Positions 27,265-36,355 of a stretch of 64,000 nt of DNA are shown in pieces. Under the pieces are notes generated by a model. It searched no databases. It saw nothing but the letters and a program-made list of their open reading frames with translations, and was not told the origin of the DNA. The position numbers and the translations under genes are program-made. The DNA is from Anaerolineae bacterium (GTDB taxonomy: Bacteria; Chloroflexota; Anaerolineae; UBA3071): the NCBI GenBank assembly GCA_029907105.1, contig JARYMM010000005.1, positions 8,563 to 72,562 of the forward strand, read 5' to 3'. Position 1 is the stretch's first letter. Every line of letters starts with the position of its first letter.

Positions 27265-28125
27265 TCACTTTTTGCCGGCCAGCAAGTAGCGGTGGTGCGC
27301 CCATAGAGCCTTCAGCCGCCACGGCAGCCGTGCCCGGTCCAGCCAGGCGTACCTCATGACCCGCTCGTACAGTTCCGGCTGCTGGCCCAGGTAGTAGGCC
27401 ATCGTGGACCACTGCCAGCTATCGCCCGTGAACTGCTGCTCCAGCTTCTTGGAGCGCAAGCCCAGCCGCTTCAACACCTCGCCCGCCGGCATGACCGTGT
27501 CCGGCCAGGGGGGCACGTCCAGCACCCCCTGCTCGACGATGCGCAGCCCGACGTCCTCCAATTCCCGTCGGATGCGGCCCATGTCCACCCAGCGCTCGTC
27601 CACGGCCTGGAAGAAGTCGCGGTCAAGCACGTATTTGCGCAAAAAGTAGCCCACCTGCCGGCGGTTAGGCATGGCCACGAAGACCAGGTGACGGCTCGTG
27701 CGGGCCAGCTCTCGCAGCAGCGCCCCCGCATCGGGCAGATACCAGAGCGCCGCCCAATCCCAGGCCAGGTCGAAGCTGTCATCGTCGAAAGGCAGATTGC
27801 CCCAATCTGCGGGCTCCACCTCCAGCACGGCGGCGTCCAGCCCCAATTCGTCCCAGATGCGCCGCACGCCGGCGGCCCTCTCTGCGTTATCGTCCACCAG
27901 GGTGACCTCGCAGCCCGCCTGGGCCAGAGCCACGCTGTTGATGCCGCTGACGCCGGCCATGCCGAAGAGCGGAGCCTCCAGCACGGTCTGGATGCTGTGC
28001 TTTGCGCGCAGTGCCAACAGGAAATCGTTGAGCACGAAACGCTCATAGACCAGGCCCAGCCCCTCGTTATAGTCGGTGAGGTAGTGTTTCCAGGAAGGCT
28101 CGGCTTCTTTCATGTCTCCTGCCAT
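27265..28125 (-). CDS. class I SAM-dependent methyltransferase
   Basis: LEAPLFGMAGVSGINSVALAQAGCEVTLVDDNAE Rossmann-like motif I/II region. Likely start ATG 28125 or 28113 (AGGAG RBS). The tool ORF extends to 28176. Confidence 0.6.
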   Translation of the reverse strand: MAGDMKEAEPSWKHYLTDYNEGLGLVYERFVLNDFLLALRAKHSIQTVLEAPLFGMAGVSGINSVALAQAGCEVTLVDDNAERAAGVRRIWDELGLDAAVLEVEPADWGNLPFDDDSFDLAWDWAALWYLPDAGALLRELARTSRHLVFVAMPNRRQVGYFLRKYVLDRDFFQAVDERWVDMGRIRRELEDVGLRIVEQGVLDVPPWPDTVMPAGEVLKRLGLRSKKLEQQFTGDSWQWSTMAYYLGQQPELYERVMRYAWLDRARLPWRLKALWAHHRYLLAGKK

Positions 28126-28336
28126 ACGGCTACGAACTGGATGGGGCAAGCAACCTGCGTGAAACGCAATGCGCAAAACGTAACAATCTGGCGCTACCCA
28201 TATCCACGTTTTGCGTTTTATGTTTCACGTTTCACGCACCATTATACCACGATCCCACCGAAGACCCATATTACTGCTTTGTCCTTTGGCGCAGCTATGG
28301 TATAATAATAGTAAATCTGCATACCAGGGAGAGAGC

Positions 28337-28720
28337 ATGGCTCGACGAAGAAGCGGCAAACGCCGAGACGTCAGTCAATACATCCTTTGGGGGCTGAGCC
28401 TGGTGGTGGCGCTGAGCATGGTGCTGGCCTACGTCATGAAGCCGCCCAGCCAGGCCACACGCCCCACGCCGACCCTGCCGCCCTCGCCCACGCCTACATC
28501 GGTGCTGCCCACTCCCACGCCAACGGCCACACCGCTTGCGCCCGCGCCCAGCCCCGTCCCGCGTCCAGAACCCAGCGAGACGCTCCAGTCTGCCCTGCCG
28601 TCCGGGCCTCCGCCTGCCACCGCAGTCGTCATAGCCCAACGGGCCACCCTGAAGCCTGAAAATGTCATTTTCAGACCAGATATTGCTGTCAGCGCCGAGA
28701 GCGCGAGGATACCCTCGTGA
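28337..28720 (+). CDS. small membrane-anchored Pro/Thr-rich protein
   Basis: MARRRSGKRRDVSQYILWGLSLVVALSMVLAYV signal-anchor followed by a PTPTLPPSPTPT-rich tail. RBS AGGGAGAG. Confidence 0.45.
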   Translation: MARRRSGKRRDVSQYILWGLSLVVALSMVLAYVMKPPSQATRPTPTLPPSPTPTSVLPTPTPTATPLAPAPSPVPRPEPSETLQSALPSGPPPATAVVIAQRATLKPENVIFRPDIAVSAESARIPS

Positions 28721-29568
28721 GCGAAGAGCGCCGCGGGCTGCTTTATGTCGGCCTGGCCGTCTTTTTCTTTTCCACCAGCCCCGTGCTCACCCGCTGGGCG
28801 ACGCCCCTGTCGCCTTATGAGATCGCCACCGGCCGGCTGGGTGTGGCCGCGCTGGGCATCCTGGCCCTGATGGCCCTGCGGCGTGAACGACCACACGTGG
28901 CCCGGGCCGACCTGCCGCGCTTCGTTCTTTTCGGCCTCATCGCCGCCCTGCATTTCCTCTGCTACATCGCCAGCCTCAGCTTCACCACCATCGCCCACTC
29001 ATTGTCCATCGTCTACACGGCCCCCATTTTCGTCACCCTCTTCTCGGCGCTCCTGCTGAAGGAGCCCATCCCCCGCCGCAAGTGGGGCGGCGTGCTGGTG
29101 ACCGTGATCGGCGTGGCCATCCTGGCCGGCTTCGAGCCGCGCCTGAACCGCACCATGCTCTGGGGCGACCTGCTGGCGTTGGGCTCGGCCATCACCTTCG
29201 GCCTCTACTCCGTGGCCGGGCGCTCGCAGCGGGAGCATTATCCGCTGTTCACCTACGCCGCCACCGTCTATGGCCTGGGCGCGCTGTGGATGCTGCCGGT
29301 GGCCGCGGTCAACTTCACACCTGCCGGCTACACGCTGCGGCCGCTGCTCAGCGTCATCGGCCTGGGCATCCTGCCCCTGGGCTTCGGCCACACGCTCTAC
29401 AACGCCGCCCTGCGCCGCACCCACGCCACAAAGGTCAATCTCATCGCCACCCAGGAGGTGACCGGCGGCATCCTGCTGGGCATGCTGTTGCTGGGGGAGA
29501 TGCCTGGCCTCAATGAGATCGTCGGCGTCGTGGTGACCCTGGCCGGCATCGCCCTGGTCGTACTGTAG
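28717..29568 (+). CDS. EamA/DMT-family transporter
   Basis: Ten predicted TM helices in two EamA-like halves. GTG start overlapping the upstream stop. Confidence 0.7.
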   Translation: MSEERRGLLYVGLAVFFFSTSPVLTRWATPLSPYEIATGRLGVAALGILALMALRRERPHVARADLPRFVLFGLIAALHFLCYIASLSFTTIAHSLSIVYTAPIFVTLFSALLLKEPIPRRKWGGVLVTVIGVAILAGFEPRLNRTMLWGDLLALGSAITFGLYSVAGRSQREHYPLFTYAATVYGLGALWMLPVAAVNFTPAGYTLRPLLSVIGLGILPLGFGHTLYNAALRRTHATKVNLIATQEVTGGILLGMLLLGEMPGLNEIVGVVVTLAGIALVVL

Positions 29569-29673
29569 AGAAGACCTCCGATATCTCCAAGATATTCGGA
29601 GGTCTCACGGCAGGATGGTCAGGAGACCAGCCAGGAACCTCGATCCTCGGCCCTCGTTGCCTCGGGGCCTCAT

Positions 29674-30156
29674 CTACTCGATCACCACCAACACCTGCCC
29701 CAATTCCACGTCGTCGCCTGTGGCCACGGCGACCTGCTGCACCACGCCGCCGCGGTCGGCGCGCAGCTCGTTCTCCATCTTCATAGCCTCCAGGATCACG
29801 GCCACGTCACCCTCCGCCACCTCGTCCCCCTCGGCCACCAGGACGCGGATCACCTTGCCCGGCATGATGGCCCTGATCACGCCAGCGCCCTCGGCCACTT
29901 CGACGGGAGCCGTGGCTGGCGCAGCCGCCCGGCCTGGCTCCAGACCGGCAATGGCCACGGCATAGGGCACGCCGTTGACGATGGCTGTGTCGCCCTCCAA
30001 AGTCACCTCGTAGCGAGTGCTGTCCACGATGACGCTGCCTTCCTCGAAGCCCACGACGAAGGGCTGGCCGTTGACCAGGACGGTGTTGCCGCGCATCTCG
30101 ATGCGGTATTCGCTGCCGTCCAGCGTGATGGTGAACTCCCTGTCCATGGTGCTCAT
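29674..30156 (-). CDS. biotin carboxyl carrier subunit (1.3S-like) of a transcarboxylase/decarboxylase
   Basis: C-terminal biotinyl domain with the EAMKM biotinylation motif (VAVILEAMKMENEL). Start ATG 30156 overlaps the upstream gene stop (ATGA). Confidence 0.8.
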   Translation of the reverse strand: MSTMDREFTITLDGSEYRIEMRGNTVLVNGQPFVVGFEEGSVIVDSTRYEVTLEGDTAIVNGVPYAVAIAGLEPGRAAAPATAPVEVAEGAGVIRAIMPGKVIRVLVAEGDEVAEGDVAVILEAMKMENELRADRGGVVQQVAVATGDDVELGQVLVVIE

Positions 30157-31676
30157 ACCGCTCCTCCTGCGCCGGCGATGAGGCCCTGCCAGCGAGCTGC
30201 CTGCGGCCGCCAGCTCAGTTTCCAGGGGGAAAGAACCAATTCCGGCCGCGCTTGCGCGGCGGCGACGACCGGCCGGCACTCGTCCTGATGGGCCACCGTG
30301 GCGGCGATGGCGGCGACGATGGCCTCCTTGCCGCCCGTGCCGCGCGCCCGCCGCTCCAGGAAGGGCCGCGCCACCTGCGGGAAGAGGGCGTAGGAGAGAA
30401 CGTCCTCTTCGCTGCGGGCCAGGTCGCCGATTTCCTCCCTGGCCTTCTCCATGCCCGGCGGGATGAGGTCGGCGGGACGGCAGTCAATGGGTTGCTCGTC
30501 GCCGATGACCAGCCGCTGTACCCGCGGATCAATGGGCGCCGGCGGCCGGCCGTAATAGCCACGGACGTAGTTCTTCACCTCCTCGGGGATGATCTTGTAG
30601 CGCTCGCCCAGGAGCACGTTCAGCGTGGCCTGGGTGCCCACAATCTGGCTGGAGGGGGTGACCAGTGGCGGGAAGCCGAGCTCTTCACGCACGCGCGGCA
30701 CCTCGGCCAGCACCTCCTCGAAGCGATCCTCCGCCCCCTGCTCCCGCAACTGCGCCATCAGGTTGGAGAGCATGCCGCCAGGGATCTGGTACTGCAGGAC
30801 ACGCACGTCCACCCCCGTCATGCCGCTCTCGAAGCGGGCGTACTTTTTGCGCACCCCGGCGAAGTAGTCGCTGATCTCGGCCAGCAGGTTGAGGTCGAGG
30901 CCCGTGTCCCGTTCCGTGCCCCTGAGGATGCTGACGATGGTCTCTGTGGGCGGCTGGGAGGTGAGGAGGGCCAGGGAGGAGATGGCCGTGTCCACGACGT
31001 CCACGCCCGCCTCCACGGCCTTGAGCAAAGCCGCCGTGCCCATGCCGCTGGTGTAGTGGGTGTGCAACTGGATGGGCAGGTCAATCTCCGCCTTGAGCTG
31101 GCCCACCAGCTCGTAGGCGGCATAGGGCGAGATCATGCCGGCCATGTCCTTGATGCAGATGGAATCGGCGCCCAGGTCGCGCAGCACCCGGGCCATGCTC
31201 ACGTAACTGGCGATGTCGTGCACCGGGCTGAGGGTGTAGCAGATGGCCGCCTGCACGTGGGCGCCCTCCCGCCTGGCCACCTCCATAGCCTTGCGCATGT
31301 TGCGCACGTCGTTGACAGCATCGAAGATGCGGAAGACGTCAATGCCGTTCTCGCGGGCCTTGACGACAAAGCGCTCCAGCACGTCGTCGGGGTAGTGCTT
31401 GTAGCCGACGATGTTCTGGCCGCGCAGCAGCATCTGGAAGGGCGTGCGGGGCATTCTGGCCTTCAGTTTGCGGATACGCTCCCAGGGGTCCTCGTTGAGG
31501 AAGCGCATGGCCGAATCGAAAGTCGCCCCGCCCCACATCTCCACCGACCAGTAGCCCACCTGGTCGAGTTTGTCGGCGATGGGCAGCATGTCGTCGGTGC
31601 GCAGGCGCGTGGCCAGCAACGACTGATGGGCGTCGCGCAGGATGGTATCACAGATACGGACGGGATTCTTTTCCAT
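30153..31676 (-). CDS. carboxyltransferase 5S subunit (oxaloacetate decarboxylase alpha / pyruvate carboxylase subunit B-like, no biotinyl domain)
   Basis: HMGL-like TIM-barrel N-terminus (RICDTILRDAHQSLLATRLRTDDM) plus the conserved carboxylase domain. Start ATG 31676 has good spacing to GGAGGAG. Confidence 0.8.
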   Translation of the reverse strand: MEKNPVRICDTILRDAHQSLLATRLRTDDMLPIADKLDQVGYWSVEMWGGATFDSAMRFLNEDPWERIRKLKARMPRTPFQMLLRGQNIVGYKHYPDDVLERFVVKARENGIDVFRIFDAVNDVRNMRKAMEVARREGAHVQAAICYTLSPVHDIASYVSMARVLRDLGADSICIKDMAGMISPYAAYELVGQLKAEIDLPIQLHTHYTSGMGTAALLKAVEAGVDVVDTAISSLALLTSQPPTETIVSILRGTERDTGLDLNLLAEISDYFAGVRKKYARFESGMTGVDVRVLQYQIPGGMLSNLMAQLREQGAEDRFEEVLAEVPRVREELGFPPLVTPSSQIVGTQATLNVLLGERYKIIPEEVKNYVRGYYGRPPAPIDPRVQRLVIGDEQPIDCRPADLIPPGMEKAREEIGDLARSEEDVLSYALFPQVARPFLERRARGTGGKEAIVAAIAATVAHQDECRPVVAAAQARPELVLSPWKLSWRPQAARWQGLIAGAGGAV

Positions 31677-31778
31677 GAACAGCATCTCCTCCAGGGATAG
31701 GAGATCAAGACGCCTATTCTTGCTCACTGGGGCTCGGCAGCCGTTCCTGTACGAAATCCAGCACCTGCTGAGCCAGGC

Positions 31779-32012
31779 TCAGCGCTCGTTTATCGCACTG
31801 GCATCCGTGCACAGCTCCCGCACCGAGTGCCCCCAAACCATCTCGGCCCCTTGCGCGTAGAGGTAACCCTTCAGCGCCTTCTCGGCTGCCTGCTGGGCCA
31901 GGAAACAGGCCAGGTTATAGCGTGGGCCGGCGAAGGCATATCGTGCATCGTCAAGATCTCGCATGGCTTGCCGAAGCCAGCGCTGTCCCTCTTGCTCAGG
32001 TACCGGTCGCAT
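31779..32012 (-). CDS. HEPN domain protein (short, solitary)
   Basis: [19 protein letters not shown]...[12 protein letters not shown] helix pair and R/H region. RBS GGGAGGGAG. No adjacent nucleotidyltransferase partner. The domain ends soon after the conserved His. Confidence 0.5.
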   Translation of the reverse strand: MRPVPEQEGQRWLRQAMRDLDDARYAFAGPRYNLACFLAQQAAEKALKGYLYAQGAEMVWGHSVRELCTDASAINER

Positions 32013-32124
32013 ACAACTCCCTCCCTTCTCGCACCGCTTCCTTTTCGTATCAGCATTTTCTCTACCTCGAAAATAGATGCCTGGACCATTTTCGTCCCTG
32101 GTGGTGTACGCAGGGACGTGATAA

Positions 32125-32445
32125 CTACTCGGCAAACAAATGGGCGGCCTTGAACATCAGCACCAGCGCACCCCCTTCCGAGCGGGAGCGGTGCACCTCG
32201 TGGGCCTTGACCACCAGGGTATCGCCTTCGCCCAGGGGCACACTGGTGCCGTCGGCGTAGTCAATGTGGATCTGCCCTTGCAGGACGAGGTACATCTCGT
32301 CCTTGGCGTGGTCGTGGAACTTGTAGCTGCCCTGGAAGCGGCTGAGGTAGGCGCAGTAGTCGTCCACCTGGCCCAGCACCGTGTGGGTGAAGGGCACGCT
32401 CAGTTTTCCTGCTGCTTCGGCAATGGATAGGATTTTCTCTGGCAT
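32125..32445 (-). CDS. cupin domain protein
   Basis: Two-motif cupin signature ([23 protein letters not shown] ... [14 protein letters not shown]). Start ATG 32445 with RBS GGAGG. The 5' end of the tool ORF carries a tandem 8-bp repeat. Confidence 0.65.
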   Translation of the reverse strand: MPEKILSIAEAAGKLSVPFTHTVLGQVDDYCAYLSRFQGSYKFHDHAKDEMYLVLQGQIHIDYADGTSVPLGEGDTLVVKAHEVHRSRSEGGALVLMFKAAHLFAE

Positions 32446-32573
32446 CGTTGCCTCCGGAAATGATTGCGGATTGCGGAATGCGGATTGCGGAATGGACATG
32501 CGAAAGGGCTTCCTCCTGGAGCGTCAGCGTATTGACCATGTTGCTCATCGAGCACCTCCTCTCATGCTATCTC

Positions 32574-32598
32574 AGGTCAGGTGACTGTCACCTGACCT
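32574..32598. promoter_or_regulatory. 25-bp perfect palindrome AGGTCAGGTGAC-T-GTCACCTGACCT
   Basis: Seen directly. Core AGGTGACNGTCACCT identical to the tandem motif at 2864-2896. Lies about 130 nt upstream of the cupin start and 9 nt downstream of the DUF6516-like gene stop. Confidence 0.4.
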
Positions 32599-32606
32599 GG
32601 CTGCTC

Positions 32607-33005
32607 CTACGCCGAACCGTACAAATAGCCATCAATTTTGCGCAGCACGTCCTGCAAATCCGGCGGCTCGGCCGGTTCCACCCGATCCTCGACGTGAACG
32701 TGGCAGGGAAAGTTGGACAGTTCAGGATGATGCGGTGCGTTGTCGTAGCGGAAGAGCAGGCTGCCATCGGCCCGTTGGTAGTGGTAGGCATAGTGCACTT
32801 TGACAATGACGAACATCCTGGCTACCAGCGCTTCTTCCACTTGCAACAATGACCCATCCCAGAAACGCAGCCGCGCCGAGAACCTGCTGGTACGATCGGG
32901 CACATCCGATCTGTCGAGGATATGCAGCTCCTCTACTTCGATCTCACGCCGCGAATGAATAGTGGCATATAGCCTGTCCAGATAGCGACTCAACCGGGGT
33001 ATCAT
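32607..33005 (-). CDS. DUF6516-like protein (named toxin-antitoxin system TumE family in some databases; recalled, uncertain)
   Basis: C-terminal FRYDNAPHHPELSNFPCHVH His-rich motif that I associate with the DUF6516 family. ATGA overlap with the upstream small gene. Confidence 0.35.
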   Translation of the reverse strand: MIPRLSRYLDRLYATIHSRREIEVEELHILDRSDVPDRTSRFSARLRFWDGSLLQVEEALVARMFVIVKVHYAYHYQRADGSLLFRYDNAPHHPELSNFPCHVHVEDRVEPAEPPDLQDVLRKIDGYLYGSA

Positions 33006-33316
33006 GCGAGGGCCGGAATAGCGAATCTTTCCATGGCCGAAAGGGCCTTGTCCAACTCCTCTCTCATTTCACGATATATCTCATAGTCTGAAGCCCAGTG
33101 CATAACCTCTATGTCGTCACCCATTTCCCCCCGCTGGTAGCGTTCATAGAACTCGGCCGAATCCATGTTGTGCTTCTGCTCCATAACGGCCAAATGCTTC
33201 ACAATCTCTACAAAGTCATCCATGGGACGACTCTTCTCCCACGCCTCACGCATGATGCGCCGGAATTCCTCAGTTGACTCCGGCCAGGTGTCTTTGGTAA
33301 AAGTTATCGTCGGCAT
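33002..33316 (-). CDS. hypothetical small protein, putative cognate partner of the DUF6516-like gene
   Basis: 104-aa acidic ORF translationally coupled (4-nt overlap) to the downstream gene. No motif recognised. Confidence 0.35.
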   Translation of the reverse strand: MPTITFTKDTWPESTEEFRRIMREAWEKSRPMDDFVEIVKHLAVMEQKHNMDSAEFYERYQRGEMGDDIEVMHWASDYEIYREMREELDKALSAMERFAIPALA

Positions 33317-33364
33317 ATCTATAACCTCTCACGTTTTTGGTTTTTCATCCTTCACCCTTCGTCG

Positions 33365-34915
33365 TCACAACGGGATGTTGCCATGTTTCTTCGGCGGGTT
33401 GGCGTCACGCTTGTTGCGCAGCATCTGCAATGCCTCGATGAGCCGGGGGCGGGTCTCGTGTGGCTCGATCACATCGTCAATGTAGCCTCGCGCCGCGGCC
33501 ACGTAGGGGTTGGCGAACTGGGCGCGGTAGTCGGCCACCAGCCGCTCCCGCTCCGCCTCCGGGTCCTCCGCCTCGGCGATCTGCTTGCGGAAGATGATGT
33601 TGACCGCCCCGTCCGGCCCCATGACGGCGATTTCCGCCGAGGGCCAGGCGTAGGAGATGTCGCCGCGGATGTGCTTGGAACTCATCACGTCGTAGGCCCC
33701 GCCGTAGGCCTTGCGGGTGATGATGGTGACCTTGGGCACGGTGGCTTCGCAGTAGGCGTAGAGCAGCTTGGCCCCGTTGCGGATGATGCCGCCGTGCTCC
33801 TGGGCCACGCCGGGCAGGAAGCCGGGCACGTCCACAAAGGTGACGATGGGGATGTTGAAGCAATCGCAGAAGCGCACGAAGCGGGCGGCTTTGATCGAGG
33901 AATCGATGTCCAGCACGCCGGCCAACACCATGGGCTGATTGGCCACGATGCCCACAGAAAAGCCCCCCAGCCGTGCGAAACCAACGACGATGTTCTGCGC
34001 CCAGTGCTGGTGCACCTCCAGGAACTCCCCGCCGTCCACCACCCGCCGGATGACCTCTTTTATGTCGTAGGGCTTCGTGGGGCTGTCGGGCACGAGGCTG
34101 TCCAGCGTTTCGTCCATGCGTTCGGCGGGGTCGGCGCTGGGCAGGAAGGGTGGGTCCTCCATGTTGTTCTGCGGCAGGTAACTCAGCAGCCGCCGGATGA
34201 GGGCGAAGCAGCCATCCTCGTCTTCGACGGCGAAGTGGGCCACACCGCTTTTGCTGTTATGCACCATCGCCCCACCCAGCTCCTCGGAGGTCACCTCCTC
34301 CCGCGTCACGGCCTTGATCACCTCCGGCCCGGTGATGTGCATGAAGCTGGTGCCTTTGACCATGAGGGTGAAATCGGTCATGGCCGGCGAGTAGACGGCG
34401 CCGCCGGCGCAAGGCCCCATGATGGCCGAAATCTGCGGCACCACCCCGGAGGCCAGCACGTTGCGCAGGAAGACGTAGGCATAGGCGGCCAGCGAGACCA
34501 CCCCTTCCTGAATGCGCGCCCCGCCGGAATCGTTGAGGCCGATGACCGGCGCCCCGTTCTTCATGGCCAGGTCCATGATCTTGCACACCTTCTCGGCGTG
34601 CACCTCGCCCAGGCTGCCGCCGAAGACGGTGAAATCCTGCGAGAAGACATAGACCAGCCGCCCGTCAATGGCCCCCCATCCGGTGACCACGCTGTCAGAT
34701 AGATACTTCTGTTCCTCGATGCCGAAGCCCACCGTGCGGTGGGTGACGAACATGTCCAGCTCGCGGAAGGAGCCGGGGTCAAGCAGGCGTTCGACACGCT
34801 CGCGGGCCGTCAGCTTGCCCTGGGCGTGCTGGCGGTCAATGCGCGCCGGCCCGCCGCCCAACCGCGCCTGTTGGCGCATGTCGTGCAAGGCCTGAATCTT
34901 GGGATCAACAGCCAT
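33365..34915 (-). CDS. acyl-CoA carboxylase carboxyltransferase subunit (propionyl-CoA carboxylase beta / methylmalonyl-CoA carboxyltransferase 12S)
   Basis: Full-length carboxyl transferase domain pair ([22 protein letters not shown]..., [26 protein letters not shown]). Confidence 0.85.
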   Translation of the reverse strand: MAVDPKIQALHDMRQQARLGGGPARIDRQHAQGKLTARERVERLLDPGSFRELDMFVTHRTVGFGIEEQKYLSDSVVTGWGAIDGRLVYVFSQDFTVFGGSLGEVHAEKVCKIMDLAMKNGAPVIGLNDSGGARIQEGVVSLAAYAYVFLRNVLASGVVPQISAIMGPCAGGAVYSPAMTDFTLMVKGTSFMHITGPEVIKAVTREEVTSEELGGAMVHNSKSGVAHFAVEDEDGCFALIRRLLSYLPQNNMEDPPFLPSADPAERMDETLDSLVPDSPTKPYDIKEVIRRVVDGGEFLEVHQHWAQNIVVGFARLGGFSVGIVANQPMVLAGVLDIDSSIKAARFVRFCDCFNIPIVTFVDVPGFLPGVAQEHGGIIRNGAKLLYAYCEATVPKVTIITRKAYGGAYDVMSSKHIRGDISYAWPSAEIAVMGPDGAVNIIFRKQIAEAEDPEAERERLVADYRAQFANPYVAAARGYIDDVIEPHETRPRLIEALQMLRNKRDANPPKKHGNIPL

Positions 34916-34936
34916 CCTAACCTCCAGTAACCGGCC

Positions 34937-36151
34937 TCATGCCCCATAACGGGTCAGCCGACCGGCGTGGCCCAGGGCCAGGGGCAGCAACTCGGCGGCC
35001 GGGAAAGTCCCCAACGCCCCGGCCATGCAGGCGCGCTCGCCGAAGGAGGTCACGCGGTCGGGCAGCGCCGTGGGCGACCACAGGATGACGGGCACGGGAT
35101 GCCAGGAGTGGGCCTTGAGCAGGGCCGGCGTGGAATGGTCGCCGGTCACGATGAGCACATCGGGCTTGAGTTCACGGATGGCCGGCAGCAGAGCGTCCAC
35201 CTTCTCGATCTCCCGCACCTTGGCGGCGAAGTCACCATCCTCGCCGCGGCTATCGGTGTACTTGTAGTGCACGAAGAAGAAATCGTATTCCGCCCAGTGG
35301 CGGTGCAGCGCGGCAATCTCCTCCTCGAGAGTCGTGCCAGCATCCAGCACATCCATGCCCACCAGTTTGGCCACGCCGCGGTACATGGGGTAGACGGCGA
35401 TGGCCCCGGCGCGCAGCTTGAAGACGTCGGGGAACTTGGGCAAGCCGGGGTCTTTAGCGAAGCCGCGCAGGTTGAGCGAATTGGCCGGGCGCTCGTCGGC
35501 GAGCAGGGCCCGCGCCTGACGCAGCCATTCGTTGACCAGTTCCGCCGTGCGGGCCGCCTCCGGGCTGTCGTCCAGCGGCTGCACGGGCAGCGAGGGCTTG
35601 CCCACCACCAGCGGGTCGGTCTCGCTCAGGGCGGAGGAAAGCCCGGCGCCGCGCAGCACGAACAGATAGCGGTACTCCTTCACCGGCTGCACGAACACCT
35701 CGTACCCGTCCAGGGCCGTGCCCGCCTGCAGCCTGGCCGTCAGCCGGGCGCACACCTCGGTGGGAATGCGGCCGGCGCGGCGGTCGGTGATCCGCCCTTG
35801 CTCGTCCACGGTGCAGAAATTACCGCGCGCCGCCAGGTCGTCAGGCCGCAGGTCGAAGCCGACGCCCAGGGCCTCCAGGACGCCGCGGCCGATGTCGTAG
35901 ACGAGCGGGTCGTAGCCGAAGAGGGCCAGGTGCGCCGGGCCGCTGCCGGGGGATACCCCCGGAGCGATGGGCTGGCTGAGGCCGCAGCAACCCTCGGCGG
36001 CCAGGCGGTCCAGGTTGGGCGTGTGGGCGGCTTCCAGTTCGGTCGGGCCGCCCGGTTCGATGGGCAACCCACCCAGGCCGTCCATGACCAGAAGGACGAT
36101 TTTACTCTCTGCCGGCTGCGCCAGCCGGCGCATCAGGTCGAAGTCTGCCAC
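34937..36151 (-). CDS. apgM: cofactor-independent phosphoglycerate mutase, archaeal type
   Basis: VLLVMDGLGGLP...HTPNLDRLA N-terminus and metalloenzyme-superfamily motifs typical of ApgM. Confidence 0.75.
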   Translation of the reverse strand: MADFDLMRRLAQPAESKIVLLVMDGLGGLPIEPGGPTELEAAHTPNLDRLAAEGCCGLSQPIAPGVSPGSGPAHLALFGYDPLVYDIGRGVLEALGVGFDLRPDDLAARGNFCTVDEQGRITDRRAGRIPTEVCARLTARLQAGTALDGYEVFVQPVKEYRYLFVLRGAGLSSALSETDPLVVGKPSLPVQPLDDSPEAARTAELVNEWLRQARALLADERPANSLNLRGFAKDPGLPKFPDVFKLRAGAIAVYPMYRGVAKLVGMDVLDAGTTLEEEIAALHRHWAEYDFFFVHYKYTDSRGEDGDFAAKVREIEKVDALLPAIRELKPDVLIVTGDHSTPALLKAHSWHPVPVILWSPTALPDRVTSFGERACMAGALGTFPAAELLPLALGHAGRLTRYGA

Positions 36152-36249
36152 AGTGTGTGCTCCTTATCTGCTTGAGGACAGGCGTTCCTGAGCAAAGGGG
36201 ATAGGCCGGTATCCCAGCCTATCCCCTTCCATGCTCCTGTGCCGATACT

Positions 36250-36339
36250 CAGTAGATGGAAATCGCTCCGCCAGGATCGTCAGATCCTGGCGAAAACCGG
36301 GGATCTGACGATCCCCTCAGAGCAAATTTCCATCCACTG
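36250..36339 (+). mobile_element. family-B MITE-like palindromic element (90 bp)
   Basis: Ends CAGTAGATGGAAAT / ATTTCCATCCACTG (12/13 terminal inverted repeat). Internal inverted repeat GATCGTCAGATCCTGGCG / CGCCAGGATCTGACGATC. Flanked by 5-bp direct repeat ATACT. About 12 nt downstream of the ABC ATPase stop. Confidence 0.55.
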
Positions 36340-36355
36340 ATACTCCAGCAACAGC

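Noticed and set aside
31779-32012. HEPN-MNT toxin-antitoxin module
   Set aside because: No minimal nucleotidyltransferase gene is adjacent and the HEPN ORF is short. It is called a solitary, possibly decayed HEPN gene instead.
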